Under the pieces are notes generated by a model. It had not been told where the DNA came from. It saw nothing but the letters and a program-made list of their open reading frames with translations, and searched no databases. Position numbers and translations under genes: made by a program. A stretch of 63,992 nucleotides of DNA, filler included, from Hausera hauseri (Eukaryota), in the NCBI GenBank assembly GCA_046269625.1. It is 12 parts of 12 records of this genome, joined end to end, with 100 filler letters (N's around TTAATTAATTAA, not from the genome) between each part and the next. Parts side by side here need not be neighbours in the genome. Positions count along the whole stretch, not along the records: positions 36,792 to 44,202 come from JBJURY010016565.1; positions 44,303 to 48,939 come from JBJURY010494241.1; positions 49,040 to 55,354 come from JBJURY010114209.1; 9 more parts are not named here. One strand, given 5' to 3'. Positions 42,130-54,005 of this stretch are shown piece after piece; within the stretch, counting starts at the first letter, position 1, and every line of letters starts with the position of its first letter.

Positions 42130-42940
42130 GATGCCGATTGACCCTGAATTAATGGGATCGACAAGACATTAAAAGGGAAGAAAATAACACGATGGTGACA
42201 TTGTATAACCGCAATTTCATTGGCATGAACGATTCTAATCCAGCTACTCACGCATTTGCCACTAGACCTGATATTGTAACTACCTTACTAATTTCCGGAA
42301 ATCTGAATTTTAATCCTCTCGCTGACGAACTAACCGGCAATGATAGTAAGAAATTTAAACTCCAACCGTCATCCGGGGATACGTTACCGAAGAAATGATC
42401 TAATGTTGTTCAAAACACATCAGAAACCACCTGTAGATTCGTCCAGTATTTCAGTAAAGTTTGATCAAAAAAGCCAACATTTACAATTATTAAAACCATT
42501 CGACAAATGGAATGGTCAAGATTTGTTAGATATGCCAATACTCATTAACATTAAATTTAAATGGACCACCAATCACATCAGTGCTGACAGAATACCTTGG
42601 GTTGCCATTGGCAATGAAAATTACAGGAAAGGGAGTAGCAGAGAACATTCTGCTCTAGCACCATGTCATTTTGATGATCGGGCTATGAATGTACAAACCT
42701 TTGCAAGGACCCACGAAACAAATCTGAAGAAACAACGAATATTTCCTCTTACGTTAACTAACGCCAACAATAACCAAAAATCAAACCGGACGACAAATTT
42801 TTTTGCAACATGTGGCAAAAATCGCACTAGGCAAACCCATTGATTGCATGACTAAGAACAAATATGGTACTATGCAAACGGTCATACCCAATCATACATT
42901 CAGCAAAAATTAGGTCAAATGGTTCAAAGAGGGCAGTACC
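42130..42940 (+). pseudogene. ACO2: Mitochondrial aconitase C-terminal fragment with internal deletion
   Basis: [50 protein letters not shown]|[29 protein letters not shown] and NHTFS..WFKEGS. Frameshifts present. Confidence 0.92.
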
Positions 42941-44303
42941 GTTGGGTCTTCCCGGAAACTTAAATTTTCTAAGTCTTACATTAACTTGCTACATAGTCTG
43001 CAACAAAAACAGAAGCACAGTCAGTTCAATATCACCCATCGATGTTACATCCAATTCACAAAATTAAAAAACTCGAAATGCTTCTAGTTAAATACACACT
43101 GGTAACGTGAAGTCAATGGAGAATTTATAAATTCCTATTTTAAACACGTTTCACAAAATGCACAAACCTCCATCACGAAAATACATATATAGAAATGATC
43201 TCAAACACATTGCCACCAGAGTGCCACTTCCACGGCCGGATTCCTCTATGGGGGATTTTTCTCCCAGGCACCTCTGTGCCATTGCTGCTGGCCTACACCC
43301 TCGGCTACTCGTCCAAGGGCCGTGGGTCATGCGGCACAATGCACAGGGCCACTACACCATGCTTCCAGCTACGTACCACCCCAATTTCCTTTTTCCTTTC
43401 CATAAATAATAATAATGATTTCGGTATGGATTTGCGTCAGGAAATGTTGTGTGCTAATTTCGATTTCTGTCGACAGAAATTACTTTTACAAAATGGGCAA
43501 GATTGATACTCACCACAGTCGCTGGTTTGGAGACTAACTTCTGGAAGCTGTACTAAATTTTCGTAAAGATTTTTTGTGACTGCAGTTTATATATTGCTCA
43601 CTGAAGTAATTATTGGGATCCATTTCCGCGAATTTGTAATTGATTCCCAAGATAAAAATTTAAAATTTTAAAACTGTTTCTTGGACTTTCTTCATGAGTT
43701 CTGGATCTCCATAATCTAATCTAAAATTTTTTCTGGACATCGCATGTAGTTGGAAATATAAACGGAAATGCAAACCAATTACCAATATTGATCGACGATT
43801 ATGGAAAGCAGCATCATTTCGCATTTGCACTTGTTAATTAAGGAAAATTAATATAATACTTTATTAATTAACATTGCTGAATCCATCAAAAGCAATATTT
43901 CATCTCAAGCCTCTATATATTTGTACTATTTCAAACACCGTTTGTAAATAAGTACTCCAGATTCTAAAATACACCTTGTTTCACATTCTTTGAAAGTTTC
44001 ACACAAGTCCATTCGCATTTAAAACATTATGACAATTTCACCCTACATTAGGATAACAACTTATTTTGCTCAAATATATGCTATCTTGAGTATTCGTCTC
44101 ATAGAATTCACAGTGGTTCTTATGTTGTTAATATTCTGTACTAGCACTTATCCATTATACTAATTCACTATGAACTACGCCATATATCTTATCTTTTACT
44201 TTNNNNNNNNNNNNNNNNNNNNNNNNNNNNNNNNNNNNNNNNNNNNTTAATTAATTAANNNNNNNNNNNNNNNNNNNNNNNNNNNNNNNNNNNNNNNNNN
44301 NNT

Positions 44304-44372
44304 ACACAACAGTGTCCCGATGACATGCGTGTACGAACAGACATTTTCAATCAGAAAGGTGTGTGTCTATAA
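44304..44372 (+). CDS. C-terminal end of Maverick A32-like packaging ATPase
   Basis: TQQCPDDMRVRTDIF resembles the conserved ATPase C-terminal motif; position fits the usual gene order. Confidence 0.55.
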   Translation, partial: TQQCPDDMRVRTDIFNQKGVCL

Positions 44373-44611
44373 ACAAATTTGAAAATCGACGACTTGATTG
44401 TTATAAAATAAAGAATTTCCGAAAAAACAATTGTTAAACGTAAGCCTACCAAGCGAGTGTCCGGCAAGAAACGTGTTTCAAAACGAACCGCTACAGTCAA
44501 GCGATAAATCAATTCTGTGCTTCGTCGAACAACAAAACCAGCAACTAGCAGCAAATTACTGTCACAGTGGAAACGGTTATAAACTACATCTCAGCATCAC
44601 TACGTCCAAAA

Positions 44612-44947
44612 ATGAGATTCAAACGTAGTCAGCCGTACTTTATTGCTTTGCTCAAGGCACCTACCAAGCATAAGCGAAACATGCTGCGATCAATCCCGCA
44701 ATTTGTTTTGGACGATGTGATTGAAATTTTATACAATATCGTTGTGGCTCGCGTTGACATTGGTAGTGGAAAGCGGAATTTACTAAAGTATCGAAAACGA
44801 CTCATTGGCCTTGCCAATGCTGGTAGCAAACGACTGAAACGACAGTTAATGAACCAGCAATATGGCGGATTTCTTGGTGCAATCCTACCGGTTGTCACGT
44901 CATTACTGGGTGGACACATTGATGGAACAGTTTTGTATAAACAATGA
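44612..44947 (+). CDS. Maverick basic protein with QYGG/FLGAILP protease site and amphipathic tail (pVI/pX- or cupiennin-like)
   Basis: EILYNIV..KRQLMNQQYGGFLGAILPVVTSLLGG. Confidence 0.75.
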   Translation: MRFKRSQPYFIALLKAPTKHKRNMLRSIPQFVLDDVIEILYNIVVARVDIGSGKRNLLKYRKRLIGLANAGSKRLKRQLMNQQYGGFLGAILPVVTSLLGGHIDGTVLYKQ

Positions 44948-45082
44948 CGGTAAGTATATGATGATTCGGCGATATGGGTGCATGGTTTTCATCTTTCTGT
45001 ACAAGTTTACCGATTCTTTCATTTACGTTTAGTTTTAACTGTTGTAATGCAAGCAAAACCGGCACCATCGACGTAAAAACCG

Positions 45083-46126
45083 ATGATCGACGTGTGGTTC
45101 GACCCGCGTCATTCCGTCGACAAACTGGCAAAGACTGTCAAACAGACTCGGCAACAGACCCAACGTTGGCCCGAGAAACAGCTAGCATACAGCCTAAATA
45201 ACCGATAAGAAGGCGGTTTCCAACTCGCGCATACCGTGCTGCAGGTGTGAGTAACGTATGGCAAATGGATTTAATGCAAATGATTCCGTGCGCCAGCATC
45301 AACGATGGATATCGGTACGTGCTGACATGCGTTGATGTGTTAAATCGCTTTGCACGTGCAATTGCCGTGAAATCTAAATCTGGTAAAGAGATTGCCGACG
45401 CTGTTCAGACACGGCTGATGCAACAGCAACAACAACAACAGCCGCCGAAGCATTTAAAAACGGATTTGGGTAAGGAATTCTACAACGCCCACGTTGAAGC
45501 GGTCTTGAAACGGTTCAGCGTAAACCACTATTCGGTGTATTCCCAATACAAGGTGATACTCGTTAAACAATTTAATCGAACATTGCACGGTCGCCTAAAC
45601 AAATTCTTTACGAAGCAAGACAACAACCGCTGGATATATGTACTGCCGGATATTATTCATGCATACAATCATTTGACACATCGTGGCCTCAATGGGTTAC
45701 TGCCGGTTGACGTAATCGATTATTTGGACATGTGGTTTTATCAAAACAACCGACGAGGTCGACAGGCAATTAAACGCCCAAATTATAAAATCGGTGATTA
45801 TGTAAGTATTTCAAAGCTGAGTACGACATAATTCATTAAGAATTTCAATCAGAACTGGAACGATGAGGTTCTCCGAATTACATCAATCAACACGAAACAA
45901 ACACCTGTTATGTAGGTTTTAGATGAAAATGGTGACGAAATANNNNNNNNNNACGAAATATGTGGCAAATTTTATGAACAGGAACTGCAAGTACTACCGG
46001 AAAACCTGATGTGTATCGTATTCAAGAAATTCTACATTTACGCGGCAAAGGTTCGAATAAACAATATCGCGTCAAGTGGTATGGATACACTACACCGGGT
46101 TGAATATTTCTATCGCAAGTTGAGTG
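45083..46126 (+). pseudogene. Maverick retroviral-like integrase with C-terminal chromodomain
   Basis: WQMDLM..YRYVLTCVDV..KTDLGKEFYN..FNRTL..YNH..HRGL, then YRIQEIL..QYRVKWYGY. Frameshifts and stops. Confidence 0.9.
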
Positions 46127-47146
46127 ATGAGCATTTATATGGTACTTGGTAGTAACAGATTATCAGAACATGAAAACAACAACGACAACAGTACGGCTGA
46201 ACGGTTTACCATGGCGTTGGAGCAGCCGCTCGACTTACTTCAGGGATCCTGGGAAGTGGCTTTGGTGGAATTCGCATTTACATTTTCACCAATAACAATA
46301 CGTGAGAACAGTATATATATATATATACTCTACTAAGTCAATTTCCTGCATCTAGTCGTTTGCAGTTTGTCCGAGACTCTAATGGAACATTTCACGTTCG
46401 GAATTGCAAGCTGCAATATTTTCAGATTTATATTTTTCATTTAAATAATCAATTGGTGCTAAAACACAAACATCCGATTGAATTACAATTTAAATCCCTA
46501 GCCGACGCTCAGTAACGGAGTTTTCAATCTGTCAATTTGCGCTCGAAATGTCTACTGCGAAAACCACCGATATTACAGTGAACTGGCAAAGTACTGAATC
46601 GTTCTTTACTCTCATACAACAGGAATTGGTTTTTTTACGGAAATGGAAACAGAATTGTGTGCAACCATCAAGGCAGTAACTAAGTTGGCTCTCAAGACAT
46701 TTGAATTAAACTCTGATTGACATGTTTCGTTTACACTATACGGTAATGTTACATATTTTGCCTTTGATAAACTATTGGCACGGAATCTGGGTTTGAAGAA
46801 ACGAGAATTCGGTCAAAGCGGCGGCGGCGGATGGTCCATTGTTGCTAAACGCAAACTACGTCTCTACGAATCATTTCATCGAATCAATATTTTAACGGAT
46901 CTAACCGAACTCGTATATGTTGTTGGAGACCGTAAACAACGATTGGCTTCTATTGGACTGGATTCGGACACCTACAAAACATCGGGCGTAACTGCTCACG
47001 TAAATATCATCCGGTCCATGTATTTATGGTTGTCTCACAATGTTGTGCATAGTATTTTTGTGTATATAGTAGACGAATTTTGGAAACCCATTAAATTTCT
47101 GTTTGGAGCCAAGACGCATTTGATGCTACATTTTCGTCGTCAATGA
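46127..47146 (+). pseudogene. Maverick minor capsid (penton) protein, copy 1
   Basis: MSIYMVLGSN..FTMALEQPLDL..WEVALVEF at the N-terminus; KPIKFLFGAKTHLMLHFRRQ at the C-terminus. Confidence 0.8.
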
Positions 47147-47193
47147 TAAACAAACTTCGTCATCATTATAATCATCATCATCATCATCAAAAT

Positions 47194-48074
47194 CATGAGT
47201 ATTTACGTGGTGTTGCAGAGCAACAGTTGTCCGACGACTTCCATAACAATTCCGCCAGTGAATACGTTATACATTGAAACAATCCTTTGGATTTATCTGG
47301 AAAATGGGAGAGCTGCGCTGCGGAATTTAACTTTCCCTACGCAACGGTGACATTGAAAGGTAGTATGAAAATAACGTACAAGACTGTTACTGAAACCCAA
47401 ACATATTCCTATCCTCTGAGACTTACTGGCAATAAAATAACAGTTGGAGAATTGGTCATTTTCACGACCAGTACAAATTACGGTTTATACGGCAAGATTT
47501 GTGTATTTATTTTAGGGGAAAACTAATATATTATTGCAGATTTTGAATTTACTGTCACTTTAAGTCCTCTGATATGGCGCAGAAATTTGGATTCAAAAAT
47601 ATAGAGTAAAAAGGTAAAAATATTAAAAGTAAATATGCATTTGCTCCAAGATTAAGTCCCATATATTTCCAGACAACGGTGAGATTTCATTGGACAAAGT
47701 TTGGCGTGGTATTGGCTTTTGAAAAACAGCGGTTTGAGGCATCGAAGACGGCGGCGGCGGCACATGTTGCAACACTTAAACCCAAACTGAAAACGGAACT
47801 AAGTCAAATGTATATTTACGTGAATGTCACCAAACCCATTTTGGGCGGTGAAGTACGTGTACCGCTACTCCGTGCAATTTATCCGGAAAGCAGCAAGTAT
47901 ACGGCTGGCGACAATGTCACTATCAAGCTCGATAATTCAATGTACCTACCTGTGGCAACTACATCTATAAACAACGTTGAAGTCAATATCACATGTTACG
48001 CGGGCTACTTTATTAAATTTCTGTACTGTACCCAAACCCGTCTAACTCTTCATTTCCGTCGAAACCATGATTAA
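47194..48074 (+). pseudogene. Maverick minor capsid (penton) protein, copy 2
   Basis: MSIYVVLQSN..LDLSGKWE; MYIYVN..PILGGEVRVPLLRAI..MYLPV..INNVEVNI..RLTLHFRR. Confidence 0.85.
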
Positions 48075-48419
48075 TTCTGAAATCGTTTCCATTTACAGTA
48101 AATCTCAACAGGGCGTGAACTGCCGTATTTCGTTGGTAAATAGTATGGCTCTGGATGGTTGCGTACATTGGCACGTTTAGCATTTCCGGTGTTGAAACGT
48201 ATTGAAGCCGTGGCACCATTTACAGCACAGGATGTACTATATAAAAACAAATCCATTTTACCATTACCGAAGGAACACGCCTTGTCAGAAATAAAAAGCG
48301 CTGCATCGGAAGTCGTTGAATCAGTCAAAAAAACAATTCGCTGTCAGTGGCTTGAGAAAACGCCTTAGAGCATCATCGAGCTCATCAACTATAAACGTCG
48401 TCGTACGATTTTCGAATGA
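48067..48419 (+). pseudogene. Maverick pVII-like core protein
   Basis: PYFVGK*YGSGWLRTLARLAFPVLKR motif, typical of the small gene upstream of the MCP. Confidence 0.65.
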
Positions 48420-48434
48420 TTGATTGTTAGACAA

Positions 48435-48939
48435 ATGACATCTGCAAAATCTAAATTATGTATATTTGACAAAGGCGCACCACAAGTTTTTATTGACAAT
48501 GCTGCATTTGAAGAAATCTACCCTGTTGAGTCGGTTTCAACAGACGATAACATTCACATTCAATTCAACATTATGGCATCGGACAATGAAGACCGGGATT
48601 TGAAAGATACGCTACTCTATGTAAAAGTCATTGTTAAAAAGGATGCACCAACGGTTCTCGCTGCAACAGACACTGTCACACCGGCCAATTACCTTTTCTC
48701 ACACTGTTCCAGGAGGCTTCACTGACTCTAAACAGCATCAAAATCAAATGCAACACCAGTTTATATAGTATCAAAGCAATCATTGAACCGTTTCTGAATT
48801 ACAGTGCAGATACCAAAACAACTCATTTGACGAAAACCATCGGATATAACGTCACTGCTGCAAACCGTGACGCATGGGTGGCAGAATCAAAACCGCTTAC
48901 CATGTGTGGACCGCTGTACTTTGACTTTTTCGATCAGCC
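48435..48939 (+). pseudogene. Maverick major capsid protein N-terminal part
   Basis: KSKLCIFDKGAPQVFIDNAAFEEIYPVESV..IQFNI..DLKDTLLYVKV..PANYLF; GPLYFDFFDQ at the contig end. Confidence 0.8.
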
Positions 48940-49216
48940 NNNNNNNNNNNNNNNNNNNNNNNNNNNNNNNNNNNNNNNNNNNNTTAATTAATTAANNNNN
49001 NNNNNNNNNNNNNNNNNNNNNNNNNNNNNNNNNNNNNNNACTAGAAACATCTGAGAGGTTCTCGGTTGTTTTTAATTTAAGGCTCTTTAAAAATAGTGCG
49101 TTGTAGTGATGTATACGGTTGTTCATCATCTCTGTGGACAGCATAGTTTTAAATGGTCGTTGATTAGAGCCTTAATTTACTGTAGGTCTGCAAAGATTCT
49201 ACTCATCCACCTTCTG

Positions 49217-51244
49217 TCAACAGAATCTACTAAACTGCCACGCTTTGGGCACACATTTAAAATCAGTTGTTGCAATTTTGATTAAAATTAATATAAATTT
49301 TGAAAAATCCAGACATTTTTGAGATTTATTTAATTCAGAAGATCGTACTGGTACATGTTCAGCTTCTATCGTCAAACTCTTTACTTCATCTGAGACTTTC
49401 GAAGTCCTTTCTGCCACAGCTTGACGTGTTGTGCAGCAACCAACATCTGCCACTGATTGCTCTTCATCTTTGCAACAAGGGGACTTCGGTTTTGACGGAT
49501 CTCTTTGACAAAAAACAAGAACTTTACTCTTTGGAATTTCTGGTTTAGGTGGATCTTTCGATCCTTGAAGAACATCAATACTACCTGAACGAACCGATTT
49601 GGTTAATTGTTTCGGGAAAATTGAATCGTGGCTTTCTGAAGGTCTTAGCTTCGAAGACCGTCTAGGCAGAATAAAAGATTCTTGGCTTGCGTAAAGTTCC
49701 GGCTTGGACTGTTTTGGACGATAAAGTGAATCTTGACTTCCTGAAAGCAATGGTTTTGGCTCACTTTCCTTATAGCTCAATGTATCTGGACTTTGTGAAC
49801 GTCTAGCTTTAGATACATATTTGGGGCGTGCATCTGAATTGAACTTAGAACTAATTTTGTCTTTTGGTGTTTGTGAAACTTTAGTTGGTTGTGCATAAAT
49901 GTAGTCATCCAATGATTTCGACTGAGTTTTTAGACCAGACACATGTTTATCCGATTCACTTTTGCTTCGAAAAATTTGTGACGAATCGACGTTAGACGAA
50001 CCCAAATCATATTTCGCGTTGTCCTCACTGGGCTTTTTCTCGGCAGTAGTTTTTTTAATAACTCTTCGACAAACTTTTGATGTACAACACTGTTTAGGAG
50101 GTTCAGGTGTTTTTGGCTTCGTTTCTTTTGGGGTAATGGATTCGATTAATTCTATATCGTATAAATTGTCTTCTTGAATGGGAGTCTTTACAATAGTAAT
50201 TTCATCAAAGAACGCTAAATAATCTTCGGATGTTTTAGATAAATCGGGAGACGGATTATGATGTCGATACTGCAAAAAAGTAGGAGTAATTGTGGTATCA
50301 GACCGTCTAGATTTACTTGGTCGTCGAAAAGAGTTGCTAGAGTCAGAGCGTTTATGAGACTTTTTACTCGATTTCTTCCTGTCAGAATATCCTTTTGGTA
50401 CATGTTCTGCAACGTTATGAGGTACAACAAGTGGGTCACTAGGCATAAGTAAAACTTGAGCTGGTGGTACAGTAACTGGTTGGGGGAATTCTTTCACATC
50501 TCTAGAAAGAAAAGGAGTTACTGAAATCTTTCCTTTATATGTATCCGTCTTCAAAGTAGATGTATTAGGAACGTCCTTAGGTAAAGCATTTTCTTCCAGA
50601 TCTGTAGTTTCCGAAGCAACAACGTGGAACAATGAATTATATACATTATGTTTTTGAGTTTCAATTATATCTTCTCTTCCAGGAATTTGATAAGTTTCAT
50701 TAGAATATGTTAGTTGATGCTTTGAAGATTTCGGTTTTTTATCCGTAATCGATTGATCCGTTTGAAGGACTGGTGTAATAAGATCTCGTTTACCAGAAAA
50801 TTTTGGAACAAATTCCATAGAACTTTCATATTTAATACTTTCTTTGGTTTTTGTCGGTGCAAAACGTTTCTGCTCTTTTTGACTATTAACTGTTTGTGGT
50901 AAACTGACAGGTTTTTTCGACATAGACTCAGTAACTCCAAGTCTAATGTATTCAGTTTGTGAAGTAACTTCAAGTTTGTACATAGTATTAGCTGATGTTT
51001 CGCTAGCTCTTACTAAAGACGATTCGTCGTCGGTTTTTAGACTTAATGGAGCTATCGGTTTCGAAGTTCCTTCTTGTGGAGTTGACTTAGGCTTGTTGAG
51101 ACTTAAATAACTTAATTTCTCAGATCGTCTTTCGTTTGGTTTAGATTTTCTATTGTCAGGTTTTATTGGTTTTACGTCGATCTTGTTAAAATGTGGAGTT
51201 CGTTTCAGTGAAGTCTGTGATCCACTAGAACCAGTTTCTTTCTG
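49217..51244 (-). CDS. Large exon encoding a Ser/Lys/Pro-rich disordered region of unknown protein
   Basis: Frame is open from a TTTATTTCAG acceptor (exon starts 51244) through ORF 49217-50983 (~675 codons). No domain recognised; may belong to the upstream SNX gene. Confidence 0.65.
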   Translation of the reverse strand, partial: QKETGSSGSQTSLKRTPHFNKIDVKPIKPDNRKSKPNERRSEKLSYLSLNKPKSTPQEGTSKPIAPLSLKTDDESSLVRASETSANTMYKLEVTSQTEYIRLGVTESMSKKPVSLPQTVNSQKEQKRFAPTKTKESIKYESSMEFVPKFSGKRDLITPVLQTDQSITDKKPKSSKHQLTYSNETYQIPGREDIIETQKHNVYNSLFHVVASETTDLEENALPKDVPNTSTLKTDTYKGKISVTPFLSRDVKEFPQPVTVPPAQVLLMPSDPLVVPHNVAEHVPKGYSDRKKSSKKSHKRSDSSNSFRRPSKSRRSDTTITPTFLQYRHHNPSPDLSKTSEDYLAFFDEITIVKTPIQEDNLYDIELIESITPKETKPKTPEPPKQCCTSKVCRRVIKKTTAEKKPSEDNAKYDLGSSNVDSSQIFRSKSESDKHVSGLKTQSKSLDDYIYAQPTKVSQTPKDKISSKFNSDARPKYVSKARRSQSPDTLSYKESEPKPLLSGSQDSLYRPKQSKPELYASQESFILPRRSSKLRPSESHDSIFPKQLTKSVRSGSIDVLQGSKDPPKPEIPKSKVLVFCQRDPSKPKSPCCKDEEQSVADVGCCTTRQAVAERTSKVSDEVKSLTIEAEHVPVRSSELNKSQKCLDFSKFILILIKIATTDFKCVPKAWQFSRFC

Positions 51245-51499
51245 CTGAAATAAAACAACGTATCAGTATGATCATGTAATATCAACAATATGATTATTAT
51301 GACAAAGGTTTCAACAATGAGATAAACCGTTTCACAAGTTTACCAGAACATTTCAATCATTAAGAAACTATAACGTTTTCATCGTTTCCTTAACTTCCCA
51401 ATAAAATTCGACAAAGAAGGATCGTGCAATTTATGGACGAGACTTTGATTTCTCGGGATGAGATCAAAAGTAACGACGATTTGAAATTTGTTGGGTCTA

Positions 51500-53070
51500 T
51501 TTGAAGTTGATTTACATTGTCTTAACAAGTACAGTTTCATTCAGTTTCAGTAATAGTTTCATTCACAAACTTTAAGCAGTGCTAATCTTGCGTAATCCTA
51601 TTGGTTCAACAAAACTCACACACGTTTAATCCAGTAATAGAACATGTCTGACATATCCTGAAATGAATGCTGCCAAATTTCAAACTTTGAATTTTCGTAA
51701 CCTTCAATAATTTATTTGTCCATATCCATTGAAAACTACATTAGACCTATCATAGCATATATGTTCCAATAAATCATTTTCATTATTTTCAAATTAAATT
51801 CGTTTTAGACTTTGTCTAATTCCAATAATTGCAGCTGATCAGTACGCTATTCTTGTTGGAAATTGAAATAAATCTAATCAATACATTTGTCAATACAGAA
51901 ACTGATTCAGAGCCCAAACTAAATATATCTCATACATCGGTTTCATTGTTCTGGAAAGTCAACATTTCCAGCTTATTCATCAATTGTTTTAGACATAAAT
52001 TGGATTCATAAATATCCACCATTGTTATTTCCTTTTTCAATTTCTTATTAATCTTCCTCAATTCATCCAAATCATTAATTGACTCAACCAATTTAAAGAA
52101 AGCCTCAAAACTCATGTTGTACTGAAAATTCGGCAATTGCCTGACCAAAGATCGGTCAATTTTCCTTTGTATCAAAATATGAAATAGCCATTTATTTTGC
52201 CCATGAGGATCTGCATAAAATTCCACAACACGTTGCAATACTAAATCAATAAATGAAAATGAATGGACAAAAAAATAAAAACCTTGATGGGATAAAATTC
52301 CCAAAGAAAATTGGTAAATCAATTCGCATTGAACATAACGACGATGTAATAATGATCGTAACAAACGATTGGCAGCAGATTCGACAAATAACGATTCAGT
52401 TTTGTTACCTAGGAAATATCTGTCACCATCAGTTTGATTACTTCGTGATCTGTAATGATTACGCATTATCACAAAATGAAATCAATATTCACTTAAGAAA
52501 TCGAACATGATCACGAATTTGGTCGAGCACAGTTGAACATAAAAATGAATTCCAATCCATCACTGTCATTCTATGAACGAATGCCGATATTATTTCCTTC
52601 AGAAATTTCCTAAATGCATTTAATTAATAAATAAATTTAGCAAATTCCTACCGCAAAAATTGTTCTGTACGAACAAATTTCCATCCATTATTCTCCGCAT
52701 ACGGCAACACGTAATAACGAATTATCTCATTGATTATTTCTTCTATAATTTCCTCTACTCGACGTGACGGATATGGCGTAATTGATGACAAATCACCGCC
52801 ACCATCTTCATCATTGTTGTCGATAGTAGGTTTCTGCACATTCCGGTGGAAAGTACGTTTCTTTATAGCTGGTGTTAATAAATAATCATGAAAACGCAAC
52901 GTGGCAGTGACATCAGCAGAAATGTCAACAGCGCGACTGGAATAATAAATGAATGGCAATAAAATGTACATTGTCAGTAAATAACAACAAATAGCCAACA
53001 GGCCAACTGCATGGAACAACGATAATAACGAATAAATGAGACTAATGGCGATAATTACATGGACAAACAT
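51500..53070 (-). CDS. Sorting nexin 13/14-like (N-terminal TM hairpin + PXA domain), multi-exon
   Basis: Two hydrophobic helices, then SRRVEEIIEEIINEIIRYYVLPY (PXA start), AANRLLRSLL..ILSHQ..ADPHGQNKW and FEAFFKLV..LDEL. Short introns. Confidence 0.7.
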
Positions 53071-53367
53071 TATTTGGGTTGGGTTTAATTGGATAAAATT
53101 ATGTATATACAAATATTCCTCAAATTAGTTCATAAAATATTGACAAAATAATACGTGCATGTTTATCACAATAATTTGCATGAATATATTATATAGTATA
53201 GAATTTATTATATTTGTCATTAATCTCTCAATCAAATTTCTAATAATTATGTGGTACGATGTAGTACTATATTGGATAAAATTACACACACAGTTTGTCA
53301 AATTCAACATACGCGTATTTAAAAATATTTATTAAATATTTTCCAACATTAAAATGATTTCCTGACG

Positions 53368-54005
53368 ATGGTCGGTGGAGTTGTTTGGCTAATCCGTGAT
53401 GGGAAGTCGGTGACGGTTTATTTAATATTGCCGATGTGTAATTACGTCATGAACAGGTCGTTAATTAAAGTGTGGAACAGGAATGTCCAGACACACAGAA
53501 TACTGGCAGTTTAAGTTATTTTGCCAAAGTTAAAAGTGTCAGATCTGCAGCAGGGGCATTACGGAATGGCACCGTCATGTTGCTTCAGATCAGTAGGAAA
53601 ACGGCAGAAGGTGGTGTCAATCTTTATGAATTGGCCAATTTACTGCTGGAACTCGATGTTGTCGCTGCTATCAATCTCGACGGAGGTGGCTCGTCCACAC
53701 TCGTCGTCAACACCACTGTCGTGAGTTATCCTTCAGATGAATGCGGCTGGTTTTCTTGTAAACGGCCAGTCACCACGGTGATCTGTGTTCGTCCATATTG
53801 TCATCCATTTTGTAACAAGTCGCCATTGTTACATCGTGATTATACAGATGCTGTGTTAGTTGGGATAATCGTGCTGTTATGTCTGACGTGTTTGTGTGTC
53901 ACGACAATCCTAATTATCAGGTCGAGTCGTCGTCGGCATGATGATAATGATGACGATGACGATGATGGACGACGGCGATTGTTGTTGGAGGATTCTGATG
54001 TGTGA
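53368..54005 (+). pseudogene. NAGPA: NAGPA (uncovering enzyme) C-terminal half with TM helix
   Basis: GVVWLIRDG, ECPDTQNTGS, AINLDGGGSSTLV..SYPSDEC..CKRPVTTVICV and a TM helix. Intron 53410-53456. In-frame TAA at 53466-53468. N-terminal half missing. Confidence 0.85.

Larger units (their letters stand above)
44303..48939 (+). mobile_element. Maverick/Polinton (adintovirus-like) virion-morphogenesis module, degenerate
   Basis: Gene order: packaging ATPase tail, QxGGFL protein, integrase with chromodomain, two pentons, core protein, major capsid protein. Confidence 0.9.

Noticed and set aside
53466-53468. TAA reassigned to an amino acid (alternative genetic code)
   Set aside because: The 732-aa and >1,000-aa ORFs contain no in-frame TAA/TAG, and the PHRF1-like gene ends in TAA.
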